Origin: Deltaproteobacteria bacterium
GTDB lineage: Bacteria; Myxococcota_A; Polyangia; Polyangiales; Houyiibacteriaceae
DNA: 64,000 nucleotides
Assembly (NCBI GenBank): GCA_034670305.1
Contig: JAXMNT010000002.1
Coordinates: 192,001 to 256,000, forward strand
Reading direction: 5' to 3'
The translations under genes and the position numbers were made by a program. The notes beneath the pieces are model-generated. The model had not been told where the DNA came from and did no database searches. It saw only the letters and a program-made list of their open reading frames with translations. This document shows, in pieces, positions 9,799 to 18,018 of the stretch (position 1 is its first letter; every line of letters begins with the position of its first letter).

Positions 9799-12249
9799 GT
9801 GCACTCACGACGTCGTCAGTTTTGGATCTTCACCGGCATCCTCTTCAGCGGGATCGCCGCGCTCCTCGTGGTCGGCATCGGCGGGTTCGGGATTTGGGAT
9901 CCCTGGGAGCTGAACGCCGCCGACGCGGCGCGGGATCTGCTGGACGGCGAGCTGGAGCAGACCGCCCCGCCGCTCAGCCGCTGGCTCATCGCGCTCGGGT
10001 TCTCGTCCTTCGGCGTCAGCGAGTGGTCGGGCCGGCTGCCGATCGCACTGGGCGGGCTGCTGGTCCTCGGCGCCGCGTTCTGGGGCGGCCGGAAGTTCTC
10101 GTCGGATCGGACCGCGCTCTACGCGGCCTTGATCGCCGGCAGCTCCCCGCTCTTCCTCTTCAACGCGCGCCAAATGCTCGGTACCGCCTGGGGCATGGGC
10201 GCGACCGGACTGCTCGGGGTGATCGCCGCGTCCGCAGCCCTCCTGCCGTGCACCTCCGAGGACGCGTCGGTGCGCATGCGCCACGCCGTGCTCCACGTCG
10301 CAGGACTCGCGGGCGCGTTCGCCCTCGCCCTGCTCGCGGCCGGTGGCCTCTCCGGCGCCGCGCCGCCCTTGCTCGCGGTCGCTGGTGTGCTGCTCCTGCG
10401 GCAGCGCATCCCCACCGACCGAGCGCAGCAGGTGCGCGCGCTCGCGGTCGTCGGCTTGGCCGTGGTGACCGCGGTGCTGGTCGGCTTCGCCATCTCCACG
10501 GACGCGGCCGAGTACAGCATGTGGCTGGGCGGTTCCCCGCGCGGCGGCGATCCCCCCACCTTCGAGGCGGCCCTCGAGGTCGTGTTCCACTCGTTCGCGC
10601 CGTGGAGCGCCTTGGTGCTCATCGCCTGCGCCCGCATGCTCGCCCCCGCCTCCGCGGAGGCGCCCACCGAAACGGCCGACGCGACCGATGTGGACGAAGA
10701 CGCCGATGCGGACGAAGACGACGCAGAGGACGAGGCACTCGGCGGCCTGGCCCTGAGCGAAGCGTTCGCGGACTTCCGGCTCGTGCTCGTACTCTGGGCA
10801 GCGTTCGGTTACGCGGCGCTCAACCTCTACACCGCCCGCTACGGCCCGACGACCTACCTGGCGATCGTGCCCCTGGCCCTCGCGGTCGCGCTCTTCCTAC
10901 GCGACATCGAACAGTCCAAGCGCGCCTGGTGGCCAGAAGCGGTCATCTCGATGCTCTTCGTGGGGCTGCTCATCCGCGACTTCGCCCTCTACCCCGAGAG
11001 CCCCGTCCGCGGACTGCCGATCTCTGGGCTGACGGTGCCGGAGATCTTCGACGCGAAGGCGGGCTGGGCTGGGGTGCTCGGCCTCTTCGGACTCGCGCTC
11101 CTCGTCGGCATGGGCGTGCGACCCAAGGGCGCGCGGCCAGACTTCCGCGCCCCCTACCGCTGGCTTCGCGATCGCTACCGGCGGGACATGGCCGGACGGA
11201 TTTGGATCGGGCTCGGCGCGACCCTCGCAGCCGCGATGCTCATCTTCGGCGCGGTGTGTTGGATCGGCGGCGACGCCCTCCCCTTCACCTCCATCGTGAC
11301 GCGGGTCGGCAAGAAGATCGCGCTCGTGCCGATCGTCATTCCGATCCTGGTCGCCGCGGTCCCGTGGGGCAGCGCACTCGCGAACCTGATCGGCCACTGG
11401 CGCATGGTGCCGCTGCTCGGCGCCGGCGCCGTGTTCGCGGTCTACGCTGCGCATGGCTACCTGCCGGAGCTCAGCCAGCACTTCTCTCCGCGCGAGGTCT
11501 ACGACAGCTACAACGAGCTCGCGGGCGAAGGCGAGCCGCTCGCGGAGTACGGCGTCGGCGGCCGGGCCGCGGCCTACTACGCCGACGGAGAGACGACGGA
11601 CCTCGACACCCAGCCGCAGTTGCAAGAGTGGCTGGCGCGCGAAGAGCGGGTGTGGGCGGTGGTGCCGGCGGATGATCTCGCCGCGATCAACCGGACCTTC
11701 CGCCAGGCGCACCAGCGCCACCTCTACGTCGCGGACGCGCGTTCGGCGCGGGTGCTGCTGGTGACCAACCAGAACATCGCTGGCCGCGAGAACCAGAACT
11801 TCATCGCGGGCGCGGTGCTCGACGAAGCGCCGCGGATTCAACACCGCGTGGGTGGCCGTTTCGACGACAAGATCGAACTCATCGGCTACGACCTCGACCT
11901 GCCGAACGAAGGCTACGTCGGCGCCGGGCAGGCGTTCACCGTGACCTGGTACTGGCGCGCGCTGACCCGGGTCGGCGGCTCCTACAAGATCTTCTTGCAC
12001 GTCGACGGCCACGGCAACCGGCTCAACGGCGACCACGACCCGGTCGACGAGCGCTACCCGGTGCGGCTCTGGGACGAAGGCGACATCGTCGTCGACCGCC
12101 AGACGTTGCGCGTGCCCGCGAACTACCGACCTGGCCCGTACACGTTCTGGATCGGCTTCTTCAGCGGCAACTCCCGCCTGAGCGTCCACCCCGAAGAACG
12201 CGACGACGGAGCCCAGCGCATGAACGCCGGCACCGTCATGGTCCGCTGA
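9799..12249 (+). CDS. Polytopic membrane glycosyltransferase, ArnT/PMT-like (GT-C fold), with C-terminal soluble domain
   Basis: GIWDPWE loop, PPLSRW, FGVSEWSGRLP, many TM segments; start re-assigned to GTG 9799 because the upstream ORF part overlaps the M23 gene. Confidence 0.75.
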   Translation: MHSRRRQFWIFTGILFSGIAALLVVGIGGFGIWDPWELNAADAARDLLDGELEQTAPPLSRWLIALGFSSFGVSEWSGRLPIALGGLLVLGAAFWGGRKFSSDRTALYAALIAGSSPLFLFNARQMLGTAWGMGATGLLGVIAASAALLPCTSEDASVRMRHAVLHVAGLAGAFALALLAAGGLSGAAPPLLAVAGVLLLRQRIPTDRAQQVRALAVVGLAVVTAVLVGFAISTDAAEYSMWLGGSPRGGDPPTFEAALEVVFHSFAPWSALVLIACARMLAPASAEAPTETADATDVDEDADADEDDAEDEALGGLALSEAFADFRLVLVLWAAFGYAALNLYTARYGPTTYLAIVPLALAVALFLRDIEQSKRAWWPEAVISMLFVGLLIRDFALYPESPVRGLPISGLTVPEIFDAKAGWAGVLGLFGLALLVGMGVRPKGARPDFRAPYRWLRDRYRRDMAGRIWIGLGATLAAAMLIFGAVCWIGGDALPFTSIVTRVGKKIALVPIVIPILVAAVPWGSALANLIGHWRMVPLLGAGAVFAVYAAHGYLPELSQHFSPREVYDSYNELAGEGEPLAEYGVGGRAAAYYADGETTDLDTQPQLQEWLAREERVWAVVPADDLAAINRTFRQAHQRHLYVADARSARVLLVTNQNIAGRENQNFIAGAVLDEAPRIQHRVGGRFDDKIELIGYDLDLPNEGYVGAGQAFTVTWYWRALTRVGGSYKIFLHVDGHGNRLNGDHDPVDERYPVRLWDEGDIVVDRQTLRVPANYRPGPYTFWIGFFSGNSRLSVHPEERDDGAQRMNAGTVMVR

Positions 12250-12308
12250 GCAGCGTTTCCAAACCCATCGGCCTTGTCCTCGGTCGGTCGTCGTGGTGCA
12301 GTGGCTCC

Positions 12309-12680
12309 ATGGCCAAGCTGGACGACGACGAACGGCGCGCGCACAGCCGCTTCGTCACGAAGCTGAAGGTCGACATCCGTTCGGACGATCACTTCCTCTT
12401 CGCGTACATCACGAACATCAGCGAGATGGGCATCTTCATCCGCTCGGACGAACCGATGGAGCTCGGCACCGAGGTGACGCTCGGGTTCGGCGGCGACGGC
12501 CCGGGCGACGTCTCGCTCGAACTCGATGGAGTGGTGGTCTGGGTCAACCCCGTGCGCCTCGGCGAGAACCTGAACCCCGGCATGGGCGTCCACTTCCCGT
12601 CCTTGACGCCCGAGCAACGCGAGACCCTGGTCGAGCTGATCCGCGCCATCGCGTACCTAGACGACCAGCCCACGAGCTGA
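12309..12680 (+). CDS. PilZ-domain protein (TIGR02266 type)
   Basis: RRAHSR (RxxxR) and NISEMG motifs, GVVVW, PGMGVHF. Confidence 0.9.
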   Translation: MAKLDDDERRAHSRFVTKLKVDIRSDDHFLFAYITNISEMGIFIRSDEPMELGTEVTLGFGGDGPGDVSLELDGVVVWVNPVRLGENLNPGMGVHFPSLTPEQRETLVELIRAIAYLDDQPTS

Positions 12681-12712
12681 GGTCGGGAGCGACACGCGGG
12701 ACGCGCGCGGAC

Positions 12713-13020
12713 GCGGCAGCGGTAGCGGTAGCGGTTTCGGAAGCGGTAGCGGACTCGGAAGCGGTTGCGGTTTCGGAAGCGGACTCGGAAGCGGCAGCGG
12801 CAGCGGTAGCGGTTTCGGAAGCGGTAGCGGACTCGGAAGCGGTTGCGGTTTCGGAAGCGGACTCGGAAGCGGTTGCGTTCGGAATCGGCGTCGGCGTCGG
12901 CGTCGGCTTCGGCATCGGCTTTCGGCCTCGGCGTCGGATCGGACCGAACCGCGGGCACGGGCACGGGCACGGGCACGGGCACGGGAACCGCACATCCTCT
13001 CCTTCGGATTCGGATTCGGC
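12713..13020. repeat. Composite hexamer tract 2 with a 78-bp higher-order duplication, a polarity switch and (GGGCAC)5
   Basis: GCGGTA/TCGGAA/GCGGAC units, then NTCGGC, then GGGCAC, then GGATTC; between two convergent PilZ genes. Confidence 0.95.
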
Positions 13021-13065
13021 GCCACCACCAGCCTCAGCGAGGGGGCGTGCCGCCCGCCCTTCCCC

Positions 13066-13599
13066 TCAGCCCACGAGCTGCGTCGCGCCTGGCCACCAGC
13101 GCATGCCGGCGGTCAGGAAGTACGAGCTGCTGGCTTGATCGATCGCGTCGGACAGCTCCGTGTCCTCGACATCGAGCGACTCGACCTCTTCGATCCAGAC
13201 CATCTCGCTCGGGCCGGTGCGCGGCTTCTCGGGCAAGGGCGGCGGCAGTCCGAGCAGGCTCGCGCGGAGCTCGTCTTCGGCTTCTGCCTGAACGCCGACG
13301 AAGCGCACGCCCATGCCCGAGCGTGCGCGGTCTCGGCGGCGGCGGCGCAGCACTGCGCGTTCGACCCGCGCCATCAGCGTGAGGGATCGGACGCGGCCCG
13401 GAGGCACGATGTCGAGCACCATCTCGGTGCCGGGCTCGAGCAGGAGCTGGCTCTCGATGAACGCGCCGCGTTCGCTCAGGTCACGGACCCGATGGAGTGC
13501 CGGCCCCGCCCAGCCTTCGGCGAGCACTTCCGCGCCCACGTCCACGGCACGACGGATCTCGTTGCGATGATGAACCAAGACTTCGACCGACTGCAGCAT
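13066..13599 (-). CDS. PilZ-domain protein
   Basis: RNEIR (RxxxR), DLSERG, GMGVRF. Confidence 0.8.
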   Translation of the reverse strand: MLQSVEVLVHHRNEIRRAVDVGAEVLAEGWAGPALHRVRDLSERGAFIESQLLLEPGTEMVLDIVPPGRVRSLTLMARVERAVLRRRRRDRARSGMGVRFVGVQAEAEDELRASLLGLPPPLPEKPRTGPSEMVWIEEVESLDVEDTELSDAIDQASSSYFLTAGMRWWPGATQLVG

Positions 13600-13714
13600 G
13601 AACACGCCCTCCACGAACGCCTGAACGACGTCCGACCCACAGTGTCCTACCTGGACCTACATGGATCCAGAAAGTGACCGCCGCGCCCAACCGGTGGATG
13701 GCGGAACCCGGGAC

Positions 13715-14614
13715 TTATGGAAGTCGTTCCATGAGTGGTTCGCGGGTGCTCTCGTCCAGCGTGTAGCGGCCGTCTTCGAACCGGCCGCGGGTCACGAAGC
13801 TCGCGCCCTCTTCGATGTCGTAGATCCACAGCCCTTCCCGGCCGCGCATCGTGGTGCTGCCGGCGCCGCAGAGCGGGATCTTCATCTCGGGGACCTGGAC
13901 CCGGTAACACTTGTGCACGTGGCCGTGCAGCAGCGCGCCCCACTCGATGGCGCTGCACACCTCGAGCAGGTCGTCCGCGTTCTCGAGGCCGTGCTCCTTG
14001 GTGTCCGGTTTGCCGCTGCTCAGCCGCGGCGCGTAGTGGGTCATCACGAAGACGAACTTGCCGGCCAGGCGTGGGTCCGCAAGCACGGTGCGCAGCCCCT
14101 CGAGTTGCGGCTCGGGCACGCGACCGCTCGAGCGGCGGATCGGCGGGTTCGGGCGGGTGGAGTCGATGCCGATCACCGCGACGTGGTCTCCGAAGAACCG
14201 GACGAGCGGCCACCGGCCGTGTACGGCGAGGTCGGGCGCGTCGCTGACGAGCAGGTCGTCGAAGATGCGTTCGAAGACGCCGATCCCGTCGTCGAGGTAG
14301 ACGTCGTGGTTGCCCGGCACCGTTGCGAACCCGTGCGGCGCCTTCGTGAGCGGGTCGACGACCTGCCGCGCGAGTTCGAGTTCCGGCACCGTGCCGAGTG
14401 CGGTGTAGTCGCCGGTGCAGAGCACGACGTCCACGTTCGCTTCTTCGACCAGGCTGCCGAGCGCCTGCATCTTCACGAACGCGTCCGCGTAGTACTTGCG
14501 GCGGCGCAGGAAGAGGTTCGCCCAGCCGACGAACCGCTTGTTGAAGAACTGCGAGAGCGCGACCTCCGAGAAGCCGGCCTCGAGGTGCACGTCGCTGATG
14601 TGGAGAAAGCGCAT
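13715..14614 (-). CDS. Metallophosphoesterase (calcineurin-like, Icc/CpdA-like)
   Basis: HISDVH, TGD, PGNHD, THY, HGHVH motifs; ATG overlaps argC stop (TGATG). Confidence 0.88.
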   Translation of the reverse strand: MRFLHISDVHLEAGFSEVALSQFFNKRFVGWANLFLRRRKYYADAFVKMQALGSLVEEANVDVVLCTGDYTALGTVPELELARQVVDPLTKAPHGFATVPGNHDVYLDDGIGVFERIFDDLLVSDAPDLAVHGRWPLVRFFGDHVAVIGIDSTRPNPPIRRSSGRVPEPQLEGLRTVLADPRLAGKFVFVMTHYAPRLSSGKPDTKEHGLENADDLLEVCSAIEWGALLHGHVHKCYRVQVPEMKIPLCGAGSTTMRGREGLWIYDIEEGASFVTRGRFEDGRYTLDESTREPLMERLP

Positions 14615-15663
14615 CAGGGCCAGCTTCCCGGGAGCGCGATGCCGGCGCCTTCGTCGAAGCCGAAGCGCAGGTTCACGCACTGGATGGCCTGACCAGCGGT
14701 GCCCTTGAGGAGGTTGTCGATCGCGCTCATCGCGACCACGCGGCCCGTGCGCGCATCGAACGCGTAGGAGACGTGCGCTCGGTTCGATCCGCGGACCCAG
14801 AGCGTGTCGGGCGGGCGGCCGTCTTCGAGCACCGCGACCGAAGGAGAGCCTTCGTAGAGCCGCGTGGCAGCGGCGCGGCAGGCGGCCGCGTCCGTGCCTT
14901 CTTTCGCCATCGCGTACGCGGTCACCAAGATGCCTCGGGTCATCGGGACGAGGTGCGGGGTGAAGGTGAGTGTGATGGCGCGTTTGGCGAGCGCGCCGAG
15001 TTCCTGTTCGATCTCCACCGTGTGGCGGTGGGTGCCGCCGACCTTGTAGGCCCGCACGCCCTCGGCGCTCTCGGGCAGGTGCGTGGCCGAGGAGACCGAC
15101 CGGCCGGCGCCCGAGACGCCGCTCTTGGCGTCGACGACCAGGCCTTCGGTGGAGATGAGATCGTTCGCGACCAGGGGCGCGAGCGCGAGCACCGCGGCGG
15201 TCGGATAACAGCCAGGCACCGCCACGAGATCCGCGGTGCGGAGTGCCTCGCGGTGCAGCTCGCACAACCCGTAGACCGATTCGTCGAAGCGATCGGGCGC
15301 GCCGTGTTCGCCGTACCAGGTCTCGTAGACCGACCGCGAGGTCAGCCGGAAGTCCGCGCTCAGATCGAACACCGGCAAACCGGCGGAGCGCAGCGCGTCC
15401 ACGACCTTGGCGCTCGCGCCGTGGGGCAGACCGCAGAACGCGAGATCGGCGCGCTGTGCGATCGACTTCGCGTCGAACGACTCCACCACTCCGTCCACGA
15501 GCCCGGTGAAACTCGGCAGCACGTCCGCGACCCGCTCGCCCGCTTTCGAGTGTCCGACGAGCGGACCGAGCTCGAGGTGGGGGTGTCCGAGCACGAGGCG
15601 CACCAGCTCCGCGCCGCCGTACCCGGTGGCGCCGACGATCGCCGCACGAAGACGTTTCGACAT
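14614..15663 (-). CDS. argC: N-acetyl-gamma-glutamyl-phosphate reductase
   Basis: GATGYGG, DLSADFRL, PGCYPT, KSGVSGAG, DNLLKG motifs. Confidence 0.97.
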   Translation of the reverse strand: MSKRLRAAIVGATGYGGAELVRLVLGHPHLELGPLVGHSKAGERVADVLPSFTGLVDGVVESFDAKSIAQRADLAFCGLPHGASAKVVDALRSAGLPVFDLSADFRLTSRSVYETWYGEHGAPDRFDESVYGLCELHREALRTADLVAVPGCYPTAAVLALAPLVANDLISTEGLVVDAKSGVSGAGRSVSSATHLPESAEGVRAYKVGGTHRHTVEIEQELGALAKRAITLTFTPHLVPMTRGILVTAYAMAKEGTDAAACRAAATRLYEGSPSVAVLEDGRPPDTLWVRGSNRAHVSYAFDARTGRVVAMSAIDNLLKGTAGQAIQCVNLRFGFDEGAGIALPGSWP

Positions 15664-15700
15664 GGTCTACGTGTTGGCGTCTGTGGCGAAGGAACGCAAA

Positions 15701-15845
15701 CCGCTTCCGCTTCAGCTTCCGCTTCCGGTTTCCGCTTCCGCTTCCGCTTCCGCTTCCGCTTCCGCTTCCGATTCCGCTTCCGCTTCCGCTTCCGCTTCCG
15801 CTTCTGCTTCTGCTTCTGCCGCCGCTGCCGGCTGCCGCTTCCGCG
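15701..15845. repeat. Hexamer tract 3: (CCGCTT)n/(CTGCTT)n
   Basis: Tandem hexamers between the rpsI terminator and argC. Confidence 0.95.
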
Positions 15846-15865
15846 CCGCCTCCGCTCCCAAACGC

Positions 15866-15900
15866 AGAAACGCCCGCGACCGTTTCCGGGGCGGGCGTCT
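15866..15900 (-). terminator. Intrinsic terminator after rpsI
   Basis: Minus strand ACGCCCGC...GCGGGCGT stem followed by T-rich tail. Confidence 0.65.
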
Positions 15901-15919
15901 GCTCAACCAAGCTCGAAGA

Positions 15920-16327
15920 TCAACGCTTCGAGTACTGGAACTTCTTGCGGGCGCCCGGCTGACCGGGCTTCTTGCGCTCCTTCTTGCGGGAGTCGCGGGT
16001 GAGAAGGCCTTCCTTCTTGAGCGCCGGCTTGAGGTCTTCGTCCATCGCGACGAGCGCGCGGGAGATGCCGTGGCGGACCGCTTCGGCCTGCGACGACACG
16101 CCGCCGCCATCCACGTTCACCGTGACGTCGTACTGACCACGCTTGGCGACCGCGTCGAAGGGCTGCTCGATGATCATGCGAAGCACCTCGCGCGGGAAGT
16201 AGTCCGCGAACGTGCGCTTGTTGATCGTGATGGTGCCGGTTCCGGTGCTGAGGAAGACGCGCGCGACCGCGTTCTTCCGTCGTCCGGTGCCGTAGAACTT
16301 ACCGTGAATCTCTTTGGGCCTGGCCAT
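15920..16327 (-). CDS. rpsI: 30S ribosomal protein S9
   Basis: GTGRRK, GGGVSSQA, ERKKPG...QYSKR. Confidence 0.98.
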   Translation of the reverse strand: MARPKEIHGKFYGTGRRKNAVARVFLSTGTGTITINKRTFADYFPREVLRMIIEQPFDAVAKRGQYDVTVNVDGGGVSSQAEAVRHGISRALVAMDEDLKPALKKEGLLTRDSRKKERKKPGQPGARKKFQYSKR

Positions 16328-16340
16328 GGTGATCTCTGCT

Positions 16341-16781
16341 TCAGTAGGTGAAGGGTTGCGGCTTCTGGGCCGCGTGGGGATGGGTCGGGCCTGCGTAGAC
16401 CTTGAGCTTGCGGAAACACTGACGGCCGAGGGAGGTCTTCGGGAGCATGCCCTTGACGGCCTTCTCGACGGCGAGCTCCGGTCGACGCTGCAGCAGGTCG
16501 CCGTAGGCTTCCGACTTCAGGCCACCCGGGTACCCACTGTGGTGGAACCAGCGCTTGGCGGTCAGCTTGCGTCCCGTCAGCTTCACCTTCTCCGCGTTGA
16601 CGACAACGACGAAGTCGCCGGTGTCCGCGTGGGGGGTGAACGTGGGACGGTGCTTGCCGCGCAAGACACTTGCGATGCGGGACGCGAGTCTACCCAAGGG
16701 GACATCGGTCGCATCGACGACCAGCCAGTGGCGGTCGATTTCGGAAGCTTTGGCGCTCTCGGTACGCATGGATTCGAACAT
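16341..16781 (-). CDS. rplM: 50S ribosomal protein L13
   Basis: [35 protein letters not shown]; start could be 16769. Confidence 0.98.
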   Translation of the reverse strand: MFESMRTESAKASEIDRHWLVVDATDVPLGRLASRIASVLRGKHRPTFTPHADTGDFVVVVNAEKVKLTGRKLTAKRWFHHSGYPGGLKSEAYGDLLQRRPELAVEKAVKGMLPKTSLGRQCFRKLKVYAGPTHPHAAQKPQPFTY

Positions 16782-16823
16782 TCCTTCTGCCCATGGGATC
16801 CCGAGGATCCACGAGGGGGCGGT

Positions 16824-16852
16824 GTGTTAGCCCCGTGATTCCGGGGTGTCAA
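16824..16852 (-). promoter_or_regulatory. Putative sigma70 promoter of rplM-rpsI
   Basis: TTGACA-17 nt-TAACAC; spacer contains a CCCCG/CGGGG inverted repeat. Confidence 0.55.
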
Positions 16853-17052
16853 GCCAGCCCCAGCACAACGCCGCCGAATCGGGACCAGAGTTGCTTGGCC
16901 CAGAGCAGGGGCAACAGGGCTGGCCCAGCGGTGGAACCGTGGGATCCGCCCCCTCTGGCCATCCTCTGGTCCGATCCTGCACCCCGAAGTCCAAGATCGC
17001 CCTCCTGCGTGCGCAGAAATCGGACAGCCGACCCTACCCATTTGGGTGACGT

Positions 17053-17976
17053 GTGTTAGTACGGGACGTGCCTTTCACATTGTCTCCAGGCGACGTTCTT
17101 GCCGAACGATACATCCTTCGGTGCCCTTTGGGCGCCGGTGGCATGGCGGACGTCTGGGCGGCTTATCACCAAGATTTGGGTCGTGAAGTCGCCATCAAGG
17201 TGATCAAACCCGAGCTGTGCGAAGAACCGACCTCGGTCGAGCGGTTTCTCACCGAAGCCCGGACCGTCTCCCGGATCAGCCACCCTTACATCGTCGAAGT
17301 CTTCGATCTGGGGAAGTTGCCCGATGGCCGGCCCTTCATGGTCATGCCCCGGCTGCTCGGGCAGTCCCTCGAGGAGCTGCGGGAGCGGGTGGGTCGATTG
17401 CCGCTCCGCGAAGTGGTGCTCTTGATGGAGGGGATCGCTCAGGCCATCGACACCTTGCACGAGAGCAACGTGATCCACCGGGACATCAAGCCGGACAACC
17501 TTTTCTCCAGCGTGGCCGACGACGGCTCGGAGCGGGTGATCCTCATCGACTTCGGGCTCGCCCGCACGTTGCACGGGGACAAGGTGACCGCCGAGAACAC
17601 CTTGCTCGGCACCCCGCACTACATGCCGCCCGAGCTCGTGACCTCAGGTTGGACCAAGGCCGGGGACGTGTACTCCTTCGCGGTCGTGCTCTGCGAGCTG
17701 TACACGGGCCAGCTGCCCTTCGATTACGGCACGCCGATGGAGCTGATGCAGCGCAAGATGTACAACGACGCGCCGTTGGTGAGCGAACTCGCGAGCGATC
17801 GGGTGCCGGCGCTGGTCGACGAACTGTTCCGCCAGTCGCTCTCGCGCAATCCAGACGACCGGCCGAAGACCTGTGGCGACCTGCTGGGGGCCCTTCGCAT
17901 GGTCTCCCACATCCGCGTGACACCCATCGGCGGGGTCCGACGCTCCGACGCGCCGCCGCGGTCGAAGACCGGCTGA
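17053..17976 (+). CDS. Hanks-type Ser/Thr protein kinase (kinase domain only)
   Basis: LGAGGMADV, VAIK, HRDIKPDN, DFGLA, GTPHYMPPE. Confidence 0.93.
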   Translation: MLVRDVPFTLSPGDVLAERYILRCPLGAGGMADVWAAYHQDLGREVAIKVIKPELCEEPTSVERFLTEARTVSRISHPYIVEVFDLGKLPDGRPFMVMPRLLGQSLEELRERVGRLPLREVVLLMEGIAQAIDTLHESNVIHRDIKPDNLFSSVADDGSERVILIDFGLARTLHGDKVTAENTLLGTPHYMPPELVTSGWTKAGDVYSFAVVLCELYTGQLPFDYGTPMELMQRKMYNDAPLVSELASDRVPALVDELFRQSLSRNPDDRPKTCGDLLGALRMVSHIRVTPIGGVRRSDAPPRSKTG

Positions 17977-18018
17977 GCCTGGATCGACACCGGGGCTGGC
18001 CGGAGTAGGGTCCGTCCG

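Noticed and set aside
13715-15910. 731-aa ORF as one protein
   Set aside because: Only the last 299 codons (from ATG 14614) are a phosphoesterase; the rest overlaps argC in another frame and a repeat tract.
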